A stretch of 63,836 nt of DNA, filler included, from Reclinomonas americana ATCC 50394 (lineage: Eukaryota), in NCBI GenBank assembly GCA_048213135.1. It is 8 parts of 5 records of this genome, joined end to end, with 100 filler letters (N's around TTAATTAATTAA, not from the genome) between each part and the next. Parts side by side here need not be neighbours in the genome. Positions count along the whole stretch, not along the records: positions 34,178 to 44,762 come from PS015485.1; positions 44,863 to 54,841 come from PS015485.1; 6 more parts are not named here. One strand, written 5' to 3'. A model generated the notes under the pieces. It saw only the letters and a program-made list of their open reading frames with translations. It had not been told where the DNA came from and made no database searches. How positions within the stretch are numbered: position 1 is the first letter of the stretch; each line of letters opens with the position of its first letter. Both the position numbers and the translations under genes were made by a program. Below are positions 37,968 through 49,073 of the stretch, piece after piece.

Positions 37968-40900
37968 ATGGAGCGTTTCATCCTCCTGTTTATCAAAAAG
38001 TACCTGGTGAGCATTGCATGCGTGCATGAAAAGAAAGAGTGGAGAAATATGTGATTGTTAATTTGTCCGATGACTTTCTCTCCCTCTCCCCGCCTCTCTC
38101 TCTCTCACACACCCACACACTCACACCATTGCCTTGTTGTGTGTGCGTGTGGCGACTTGCGCAGGTGGTGTTCGTCAAGGTGCGGGACATGGCGAGGATG
38201 CGTGTCTTGCGCTCTCTCGCACACTCTCTCACTGTGTGTTTTCGCGCACAGAACTTTCACCGTGATCAGTTCAAGTTCTCGCTGCTAAAGGGACAGACGC
38301 AATTGACGGGTCTCGGTCTGTGAGAATGCTGCTGGGATCATTTTTCCTTGTTTGTTGTTGTTCATTGCGGCAATGTGGCAGAACTCAATGTGCATGTGAT
38401 CAACGACTTATTACGAACCGCGGGCCTCGGGCAGTTAGCTGTAACGCGGGCCTACATTAACAAAGTCGTCGTGCATGTTGCGTCTTGAGGCGCCTGTCGA
38501 TCAACGAGAAGCTGGTGTTGAATTGCGGCGATGCAGGTGTCGGTCACCAAGCTCAAGAGCAAGCCGCTGTACTTGGCCGTCGATCAGGTGGAGATCGAGA
38601 TCGAGGAGACGGAGACGTGGGAGAAGGGCAAGGGGCTGCTCAACAAGCTGTTTGGCCTCGACAAGAAGAAGAAGAGGTGAGGCGACTGCACAGCTACCGA
38701 TGGCCTGTGCTGGTGCTGAATGTAGTGTTCTCGATTGGTGCAGCGACAAGCCCAAGCCACACAAGTATGATCTCGGCGATCGCATTGGAGACGGCATTGC
38801 GCTGAGTGTCAATCAGCTGTCGCTTGGCGTGCAGTTCGGGAAGCCCTCACTCGGCATCAATCGGTGCATTTTTGCTGCAATCATCATTGCGTCTCGTGTG
38901 CCTGTGGCCACTGACCACGTGTGTGTGCGTGTGTGTGGGAACCACAGACCTGCGCGCCTGGTGGTGGAGCTGGCGGGCATTTCGATGAATGCCACGAACT
39001 GCCGATGGGAGGTGGTGCCGCTGAAGGAGTGCATCCCCAACGTGACGAAGCGCATGGAGGAGATGTATGTATTCAAGGTCGCCAAGGTCGAGCGACTGCG
39101 GGTGTACTTGACCACGCAGTCGCGCGGTGTGCTGTCATTGGTGGAGCACCTCGGAGCGATCATTCGCATCGCCATTCGCAAGAAGGTGCAGGATGTGGCC
39201 GTCATCTCCACCAACATCGATGTAATTGTCGACCTGGTCAACGTGCGCATCGACGCACGCACCATTCTCGAGCTCGGCTGCCTCATGTCCTACGTTGGAC
39301 TCGCGTTCCTGCGGAAGCCTCCATCGGCCGCTGGAGGCGCGGTGGGTCGCGTTGGCGGAAGCGCAGTGGGATCATCGTCGGAGGAAAGGTACGGTGTGGC
39401 GGTTCTTACAATCCCTCGAATGTGTGACGTGACCTCGCTCCCGACACAGTGGCATGCATGCTGGATCATCGATGGAGGACGATGACATGCGGGCCATTCA
39501 GGAGGCGCTGGCAGTGGACGAGGTGCGATGTCGTATGCAATGTGAGTGCTGAAGCACAGCACCTGTTGCTCATTTCGCTTGCAGGAGCTGGGCATGATTG
39601 GCGACACGGACTCGGTGATGGACACGGAGGTGGAAGACTCAAGTAGGGTGCGTAGTTGTGTGCGCGCACGTTCATTCACGGATGGTGAGGCCTCATGTTG
39701 TGCTTCACAGGCCGTCGACGATCACTACGTCCCCGATTACGGTTCCGATGTGGTGCCGCCACTGGTGGCCAACGTGTTTGTCGACAACGTCTCGCTGATG
39801 ATGGTGGAACCGTCGGTGGGCGATGTGGTGTTTGGCGTCACCGCGAGGGACATTAGGGTGCGTCGTTTGGTTCATATTTCCGCTCGTGTTTCCCTTGTCC
39901 TGAGAGGTCTTTGCAGTTATCGGTGATTCAAGTGGACGCTGAATCAGCACCTGTGATGCAAGCCATCATTCCCGAGTTCACGCTCGTGGACACGCAGCCG
40001 GGCGCGAATCACTTCAAGGTTCACACAGCGGAGGCCGAGGAACGGGATCGTTGCGTGTGCCTCGCCTTGTTGTACAGACTTACCGCTTGCTATTGCTCGA
40101 CTCACCGTCATGTATCTCGCACAGCCACATCAAGGGAAGTACGCGGAGCGTTGTGGCCTCGCTTCCAACGCTACGATTTGCCTTCATGGATCGAGGCACG
40201 CGCCTTTCCCGGTGCGTCGGCTGTTGTCCACTCTCCCGTGTTCCGTCCACTGAGTGCTTTCTCCGCACAGAATTCCGTCGGCAGGGTCTGCGTTTGCGCT
40301 TTGTGCTGGAGCCGCCACCAAAGGACAAGATTGTCGAAGTGCACCTCTACAATCTGGCGGTATGTGTGTGTGCGAATGTGTGTGCGTGCGAAGCGCGTGT
40401 ATCGCTCACGGTGTGCACAGGTCGACATCAATCGATCACTGCTGGAGACTCTGGTGACCATGGCGCGTGGAGTGGTGGCCATGCTGCCGGACTATCTGTT
40501 TGCCACTGGCTTCCCACCCTTCAAGCTCGACATGCAAGTGCACCTGCAGGTGGACGAGTTCAAGCTGCGCATTCTGCCGTCCACATTTTTCGAAAACTCC
40601 CCGCCGCTGGAGATCGACGTCTATGACTGTGCGTTGCTTCCCCATTCACACATGACACCATTAAGTGTCCCAGCTGTGAGATGTGTGTGACGTACTGCCA
40701 CTGCAGTGATTGCCATGATCAATCCGCATCTGGAACTCGACACTATTCCGTTTGACGAGGCCTTTACGGCGCACCAGGTCGCTCTCGGCTCCATCAAGGC
40801 TCCCGAAGGTGCGTATCTGTGACAACTGGTGCGTGCGGTGAGTGCGGATAGCTCATGCGCAAGTGCGTGCAGTGTCACCCAAGGCGCGCGAACGACTGGA

Positions 40901-43834
40901 TGCGCAGCGCCACACGCTGCAGATGATGGCCGCCAACTTGTGGGGCATCCACACGTTGAAGGCCAAGGTACTACTGTGCGCAGCTCACTCGCGTGTGCCA
41001 TTGGCTTTCGCGCTCATCTGCGTCCTCTACCAGGTCTCGTTGATGGACTTGCAAGTGCGACTCGGCGACCAAGACGGCAGCTTGGTGCATCTGTTGCTGC
41101 CGCTTTGCCTTCGCGCTCAGGCGGCTGTGCAGCTGGACACTGGGGTACATCGTCTCTCGTGTGTGTGTGTGTGACTCGTGCTGTATTCTCTGCTCATTTG
41201 CCACCACCACCACGCAAGATCTCTGTGTTTTACCAAGCACTGGCCTCGGTGGAGATGACCGCAGTGCAGGCCACGATGACGGAGTGGCAGTTTCGTGTTC
41301 TCTTGCAATCAAGGGGAGACTGCCAGTGGTGATTGTACTCATTTCTCTGTCTCGCAGGATCTCGCAACTGGAAAATGTTGTCAAGGGTCTGCAAGCCATC
41401 ATGGAGCCGCTGCTGTCGGCCGTCGAGGCTGCCGCGTCGGCTCGAAAGGCAGCTGCCGAGGTGCCACAGTCGCCCGAGGTAGTGTCGTCGTTTGCCTCCG
41501 CCGCCGCCACCATGACGGCGGCTCTTCTTGGACCATCGCCACCACCACCACCGCCCCCAGAGCCCACCGGTCCGCCTCTCGTCGGTCTGTAACATCTTTG
41601 TTGTTGTGTTCTCGTCTGTCACTCTCTAGACTCACTGTGTGTGGCGTGTCGCAGAGCTCATCATGAACAAGTTTATTGCCACGGTGTTTATTGAGAGGCT
41701 GAGCGTGGAGCTGCCGCGCATGCTGCAGGTGGTCGACGTGCAGCTGCAAAGCATTCACGCGACACCGTTCCAGGTGGTGGCTGAGAGGTGTGTTGCTCAT
41801 TCTAATGAGGTGTTCGAAACATTGCAACTCACTACGTCCGAGCAGGCACGGCCCTGGAATGTTGCCACAGGTCGCTGTGCGCACAAGTGTGGATCTCGGT
41901 GTGGGGAATCACAAACTGGAAGTCTCGGTGTGTGTGTCTCTCTCTCCTATACTGAATCCCCTGTCTCCAACTCACGCTTCACTCTGCGGGTGTCATCGTG
42001 CAGCTCCTGGAGAGCGAGTCACTGCGCTCGTCGGGAACTGGCATGGGCCGAAAGGCGTCACAATCGGCGGCAGCGCGCAACCCAGACGAAGAAGTCGATC
42101 GCTTCCTCTTGCGCCTGCGCAGTGCCATCGACGAGGCGAAGAGTGTGACAGCTGACTTGCGCGAGGCCATGAATTCGCTGCCGGGCGCCCTCCCCAATGG
42201 CGGGAGCAGTCACGACGATCTCTCCATGTTGTCCGAGGCCACAGAGACCAGCAGCATGAGCGGCTCGTCTGGGAGCGGCCGCCACCTGCCAACGTCACCG
42301 GGCGGTATTCCCGGTGGTCCTCCGAGGTCGCCCGTGTCGCCAATGCCGCCGACTGTGGAGCAGCTCACTGCTGGTCCCTCCAGCTGGTTGCAAGACATTG
42401 TGCTGCAGGGCACCTTCCTCAAAGAAGGTGCGTTTTATGACGTCAGCTGCTCCCCTTCCACGAGTGTGATTCATCCGTCGTCGTAGGCTCACGTGTCAAG
42501 TCGTGGAAGAGTCGGTACTTTATCCTGAGCCGCAAGGCGCTGTTCTATTTTGAAGACGAGTCGGTGAGTGACTTCGCACTTGGTGATGAGGATTGTGCGC
42601 GCTTTGGCTGAGCGTCTGTGGTGGCGCAGTCGTCCAGATCGGTCTCTCGGAAGCCGCTGGGCGTGCTGCTGCTGAATGGCGCGTCGCGTGCAGTACGCGA
42701 CCTCTCGAAAGAGCACCAGAGCAAGAAGCGTTTCGTGTGCTTCTTTTTGTGTGCAGCGTTCGTTCTTTTCTCACACTCTCTCGCAGCGTACGTGATTGCC
42801 ATCACGTCGGGAGATCGCACAATGTTTGTGTCCATGGAGCGGGAGGGCGAGATGCAGAGCTGGCTGCAGCGCATTCACATTATCGCGGATTCTATCGGCC
42901 GCCAGGCGTTGATCAAGGTGAGCCGTTGTGGTCTTTGCTTTTCTTTTGTTGCTGCGCACAGCGCGCTAATCTATCGATTGCACAGCCGACGACCCCACCC
43001 GAATCGCACCACCACCACCCCCATCACCATCATCATCACAGCGACCTTCCGTCCGACACGGCCACGCGCTTGGTGAGTCCCCCTCCAGCCTGTTGTCTTT
43101 TGCATCGTTTGATGCTGATGTGATGACAGGCCGATTTGCGCGTCAACATGCTGCGCCGACTGGAACAACTCGAGCACACCATGTCCAGCATGCAGCACAG
43201 TGCCGCTGGCCTGCGTGTCGTGTCGAGTTGCGCACGAACTGTCGCAGACTGCCTTGTCATCATTCCCTTCCTCACCCGCGCCGGTCGCAGAGTTGCAATC
43301 GGCCGGTCGTGCACAGGAAGCGAGTGGAGCGGTGCTGGCCGACGTGCTGTCACGCCTGCCGTTTGTCACCGATCCCACCGACGACGCCATGATTGCGCTG
43401 GAGCGACAGTACGACCGGCTCGGCGACTCGGTGGTGCGTCGTCGTCGTCGTCGTCTTCCCTCTCCACTTTCGCTCCCTCACATGCATCACCACAGCACGG
43501 CACTCCACCGCTGCACGTTGTCATGTCGTCGCCAGCCTTCGACTCGCCCTCTTCCGTCACGTCCTCGGTGCGTTGTGCACACACACCCCGCCGCATAGCC
43601 CGATCGCTCATTCACCGCGCACAGCATTCCCACGCCCTCTCAGCCGGCGGCCGCCCACGCAACGCCTCCTTTGGCGAACTCTCCGTGGGCTCCGAAGACG
43701 GCTCCCTCAGTGCCCTCTCCCAAGCCGTGGCCGATCGCGACGCTCGACTCGCCGCCGCCGAACGACAAAACGCCGAACTACAACGGCGTGTCAAGCAGCT
43801 CGAAACATCCTCCGCCTCCGACGATCGACCATAA
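37968..43834 (+). CDS. BLTP3/UHRF1BP1-like bridge lipid-transfer protein (chorein-N) with C-terminal PH domain and coiled coil
   Basis: MERFILLFIKKYL|VVFVK|NFHRDQFKFSLLKGQTQLTGL|ELN..., TKLKSKPLYLAVDQVEIEI, YDLGDRIGDGIALSVNQL, MNATNCRWEVV; PH motifs LQGTFLKE|GSRVKSWKSRYFIL and EMQSWLQRI. Confidence 0.75.
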
Positions 43835-44000
43835 TAACACACACACACACAAGCGAACACACAAACCATGCTTCATTCTCACTGGCTGCTGCTTGCCTCC
43901 GACNNNNNNNNNNNNNNNNNNNNNNNNNNNNNNNNNNNNNNNNNNNNNNNNNNNNNNNNNNNNNNNNNNNNNNNNNNNNNNNNNNNNNNNNNNNNNNNNN

Positions 44001-44460
44001 TGTGGCTTCTGTTGCTGCTGCTTGGCACGCAACAGACTTGGCGGCACCAGTTGCTGCTTGAGATACTTCCACCCGCGCTTGCGCACACCAGTGATGCGCT
44101 CCTCCTTTTCTGACACCACCTGCCCGCGCCACGTCTTGATGCCATAGATGGCCGGCTGCGATGAGTCGGCCTTCACACGAGTCACCGTCTACACGAAGAG
44201 AGCAATGAGTAACACATGCGTGTGTGTGTGTGCGAGAGTGCGCGACTCACCCAGTGCGACTCGCCAACCTCCCACGAGGGCAGTCGTCGTTGCAAGCGCG
44301 CGCCCACGCCCATGTTGGGCAACATGTACAGCAACTCCACCGCCGTCTTTGCCTTTGCCTTGGCGCTCTTTCCCGCCACCGCCGCAGCGCCAGCCGTAGC
44401 CGTAGCCGACGACTCAGCGCGCACTACATAACGCATCGCACCAACCAGCGCACTCGCCAT
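44001..44460 (-). CDS. MRPS34: Mitochondrial ribosomal protein S34 (mS34), 3' end in gap
   Basis: ELLYMLPNMGVGARLQR..W...SHW|TVTRVK...IYGIKTWRG...RKRGW with a transit-peptide-like N-terminus. Confidence 0.8.
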
Positions 44461-44520
44461 TGCAGACTGCGGAATCAACAGGCGCGCAGGACACGGCGTG
44501 TGAACGTCGGTCAAGCAGTA

Positions 44521-44762
44521 ATGGGCAAGCGACCGCGTGATGCAGCAGACGATGACGACGATGCCGACGCTGATGCAGAGGAGCGTCGGCAACGTCGACA
44601 TCGACTGCGCAACCGGCCTGCGTTGCTGGAGAGTGCGGCGGGCGTCGAGGAGGCAGTGGCGCGGCGGGAAAAGCGTCGCCTGAATCATAAAAAGCGTCGC
44701 AAGTACAAGGAGAAGCAGAGGGAGAAGGCAAAGGAGCAAGCACAACACGACGAAGAAGTGGA
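44521..44762 (+). CDS. N-terminal fragment of a basic, probably nuclear protein
   Basis: MGKRPRDAADDDD...RREKRRLNHKKRRKYKEKQREK, open into the gap. Confidence 0.5.
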
Positions 44763-44897
44763 NNNNNNNNNNNNNNNNNNNNNNNNNNNNNNNNNNNNNN
44801 NNNNNNTTAATTAATTAANNNNNNNNNNNNNNNNNNNNNNNNNNNNNNNNNNNNNNNNNNNNCGGGGGAAGAAGAAAAATGACAAGCAACAACAACA

Positions 44898-46900
44898 CTA
44901 TGGCCGACGAGTGGTAGTGGGTGTGTCCTCGGCAAAGAAGCTGCTGGGCTTCTCAGCAAACGGCGTCGGCTCGGGGCCCGGGTCGTCGGCCAGCGAAAAA
45001 TCGGTGGACATGCCAACGCCGGCCGTGGTGGGCGAGAAGAGATGTGCGGCGGCGTCGGCAAGACCGAGTCCTTGCGATGGCACCGTGTTGGTGGTCGGCG
45101 AGGCCAGTTCAGCCGTCTGACGCCGTGCGGCCGCTCGCGTGAGAGTGCCGGGCGACGGACCACTGACCGGCCCCTTCATCGGCTGCGCACGGCCGTGTGG
45201 ACCCGGCACCGCGATGCTCAGCCCCAACGACGGCGCACCAAGCGCGGACACCAGCGTGTTGGAGCGCTTCACTGGCGGCTGCCCATTGGCGGAGCCGCCA
45301 CCCATCGGCTCGCCATTGCGCTTGCCGAGCACACTCTCCGCCAGCATCGACGAGCTGCCGCTGGCCGACGGTGTTTCGCTGCCGGCGCTGCCAGGGAACG
45401 ACGGCCGCGCAGATTCGGCGGTGGGCGTCGGCTGTGGCGTAAACGGCGCAAACAGAACATTGGCCAGCACCGCCGCCGCCTCGGCATCGCTGACCGGCTG
45501 CTCATACGACGAGGACGACGAGGAGGTGGCGCCATATGGCGCCGGCTGTCGACCACCGCTACCGCGCCGTGCATTCGCGCGAGTTGTGCGACGACCACCC
45601 ACCGCGTCGCCATCCACGAGCATCCCATCGTCGAGCGCATGATCGCCATTCACGCGCATGGGAGCGACTGCACCATTCGCAGCACCAGCAGCAGAAGCAG
45701 ATGCACTACTGCCGCCGCTGACGCCGCCGTACCACGGAGTGACGGCGGCACCGGGTGTCTCGGCCGCCGGCATCGCCGCATCCTCATCCTCTTCCTCCTC
45801 GTCCTCCTCCTCCTCATCTTCGTCGTCGTCCTCATCGCTGTCGGACGACGCACGACGTCTCCTCGAGCCCTTACCGGCAGGCTTGCCGCGACCCTTCTTC
45901 CCACGCGTGGAGGCACGAGTCGGGGCCGGACGCGCCGCCGCCGCAGCACTGCCCAACAAGCCCAACGGCATCTGCGGCTGCGGCACCTGCTGCTGTTGCT
46001 GCGGTGGCATGGCATACGTGGCCGGGATCACACCGCCATACGGTGGCGCTCCCGGCGGCGGTGGCGGGTACGCTCCCGGTGGCGGTGGCATCCCGTACAT
46101 GGCTCCGGGTGGCATACCGAACGGCGGCATGCCAGCCGGCGGTGGTGGTGGCATGGGCATTCCACCGGCCAGCTGCATCACAGATGATGATGATGATGAG
46201 CACAGGGAGGGACAGAGAGGTAAAAGAGTGACGGACCTCATTGGGCGCCGGTGCCGCGTAATAGTGCGAATTGTGCGCCACAATGCCGGCGCGACGCGAC
46301 GACAGGTCATCGTAGTCGCCATTGGTCTTGAACTCGTGATCGCTGACTCGATCGCGCAGCCACTTCTCCATCATTCCGTTCGGATTGCCCGTGGAACAGT
46401 ACTCAAACAGCCGTCCGCTCTCATTGTACACAATCAGCTGCACCTCGGCGTCGCACAAAATCGACAGCTCCATCTGTAAAGAGAGAGAGAGAGAGAGAGA
46501 GAGTATGAGTGACTTGCGCGCCTTATTTGGGCCACCGCACGGGAACGCAACAGCCTTTTTCACAAGTCCATCCTGTTATGTGCGTGTGAGGGAAGAGAGA
46601 GACAAGAAGAGTGAGTGATTATATATACACATGCGCGGAAGGTTTGCGCGTTGCTCGGGAGCGGAAAGCGCGCGTGTATAAGAATAGCATATTGCAGACA
46701 AAAATGAAAAGATGACAGCCGCACGACAGCATCACTCTTCTCGCTCCCTCTGTACACACACAAGCACACTCTTCCTCTCTCTCTCTCTCTCACTCACTCT
46801 ACTCTCTGTACACACTCGCTCATACCTTGCGCTTGCGGAAAGTTACAGTGCGCGACTTCTCATCGTCGATCCGCTGAATCGTAATCTTCTTGCGTCCCAT
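44898..46900 (-). CDS. MADS-box transcription factor, MEF2/type II-like
   Basis: MGRKKITIQRIDDEKSRTVTFRKRK|DGLVKKA|MELSILCDAEVQLIVYNESGRLFEYCS, then Pro-rich and acidic regions. Confidence 0.95.
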
Positions 46901-47086
46901 TGCAAAGACACACACACAGAGAGAGACCACCGCACTCTTCTTGCCTGAGCAAGTGCACAAATAGCAATGGAGAATGGATTCCACACGCCCAGCCGACCAA
47001 CGGACCAACGATGCATCTCACTCACTCACGTCGCCTCTTTTGCTCCTCTCCTCATCATCGTCAGCATCACACATTCCACTCATCCT

Positions 47087-47408
47087 TCATTTCTTGTTCT
47101 TGATCTTGGTTTCTGTAAAGAGAACGTGTTGCTTGACTACGGGATCGTACTTGAGCAGCGCCAGCTTCTTCTGGCCTGTCAACGACCGCGGGTTCTTGGT
47201 CGTTGTGTAGAAGAAGCCCGTGTTGGCTGCACTCTGTGCGTGTGTGTGCGCGCGTGTGAGTGCGTGAGATCGACATGTCGCGGTTACATCACTCCCTGGC
47301 GCTCTCTCCTTCTCTCGCTCTCATGCGCGCGTGTGTGACACAGTGTGTGTGCACATGCAACGCAACAATCAGCCGCACAAACAGCGTCTTCGCCTTGCTG
47401 CGCGCCAT
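47087..47408 (-). CDS. MRPL33: Mitochondrial ribosomal protein L33 (bL33m); exons 47408-47367 and 47233-47087
   Basis: [30 protein letters not shown]...[23 protein letters not shown]. Confidence 0.93.
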
Positions 47409-47466
47409 TAGTGATTGAGTGGACAGAGGACAGACGCACGCGAGCACAACCGCAGCACGCGCTAAC

Positions 47467-49002
47467 ATGTTGCGGAGACTTTGTTGTCTCGCAGTGCTCC
47501 TCTGCTGCGGTGAGCCACACTCTCTCTCACTCTCACAAGACAGTCACTGTTTCCTCACTCTTTGTGTCACAGTGATTGTGGGAGCACGCGGTGGTGGACT
47601 GTCACTTGCCGCTGACATGGGTGGCATTCCCTCACAACAGCAACCTCAGGCAGAGATACATCACGAAATCGTGTGCCACGCACAGGTAAGAGAAGCAAGA
47701 GAGAAACCATNNNNNNNNNNNNNNNNNNNNNNNNNNNNNNNNNNNNNNNNNNNNNNNNNNNNNNNNNNNNNNNNNNNNNNNNNNNNNNNNNNNNNNNNNN
47801 NNNNNNNNNNNNNNNNNNNNNNNNNNNNNNNNNNNNNNNNNNNNNNNNNNNNNNNNNNNNNNNNNNNNNNNNNNNNNNNNNNNNNNNNNNNNNNNNNNNN
47901 NNNNNNNNNNNNNNNNNNNNNNNNNNNNNNNNNNNNNNNNNNNNNNNNNNNNNNNNNNNNNNNNNNNNNNNNNNNNNNNNNNNNNNNNNNNNNNNNNNNN
48001 NNNNNNNNNNNNNNNNNNNNNNNNNNNNNNNNNNNNNNNNNNNNNNNNNNNNNNNNNNNNNNNNNNNNNNNNNNNNNNNNNNNNNNNNNNNNNNNNNNNN
48101 NNNNNNNNNNNNNNNNNNNNNNNNNNNNNNNNNNNNNNNNNNNNNNNNNNNNNNNNNNNNNNNNNNNNNNNNNNNNNNNNNNNNNNNNNNNNNNNNNNNN
48201 NNNNNNNNNNNNNNNNNNNNNNNNNNNNNNNNNNNNNNNNNNNNNNNNNNNNNNNNNNNNNNNNNNNNNNNNNNNNNNNNNNNNNNNNNNNNNNNNNNNN
48301 NNNNNNNNNNNNNNNNNNNNNNNNNNNNNNNCGACTTTGGCACGCAGTCGCAGGCGGCCGACGGACATTGCATCTGCAAGGAGGACTACTATGGACCATT
48401 CTGCGATGTGGCGTGCACGGCCGAGGACACATGCACGGGGGTGAGTCGCGCGATATTTTTTGTTTCTTTCCTCTCGCCTCGTCGTGGAACTGTGGCTGAG
48501 TCGACGTGATGTGTGATGCATCGCGCAGCATGGCACCTGCGACAAGGTCTCAGGCCACTGTGTGTGCGAGCCGACCTACGACGGCGAGAACTGCGCGTCG
48601 CGCATCTGGAGCGTGAGTGTCACCGAGGGCGACACGTTTGCCATTCACTGCCCGCAGGTGGTGCGTTCCATGGGACTGAAGGTCGAGTCGGCCACGTACA
48701 GCACGCTCAACGGAGAGTGCTCGATGGACACGCACGGCATGATGAGCTCGCGATGGTGCGTTTTCGCTCTCCGCTATTTTTCCAGTGTGCGTGGTGCTCA
48801 TTATCGCGCGCGCTTGTGTAGCGACGGCAAGTCCGAGTGCGAACTTGTGGTCGACGAGGGGTCCTTGCCGAATCCTTGCGAGCACAGCGAGAAGGCAGTC
48901 AGCGCGGCAGACGCACAGGCCCCCAAACTGCTGCACGTCCGCTACCGATGCACGATTGTGGTGAAGGGAAAGAAAAAGAAGGACCACGCCGCGAGACGGT
49001 GA
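47467..49002 (+). CDS. Secreted EGF-like repeat plus SUEL (galactose/rhamnose-binding) lectin protein, spans a gap
   Basis: Signal peptide; GHCICKEDYYGPFC, CTG|HGTCDKVSGHCVCEPTYDGENC; lectin motifs EGDTFAIHCP, VESATY, DGKSEC, NPC, KLLHVRYRC. Confidence 0.7.
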
Positions 49003-49073
49003 CGATTCGGGGAGAGGGGAGAAAAAACATATGCCACAAAATTGTAATGAAGTAAGGGGTGCACGTCGTTGCT

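Noticed and set aside
3075..48545. Long ORFs in the track containing runs of X
   Set aside because: They read through N gaps and are not real frames
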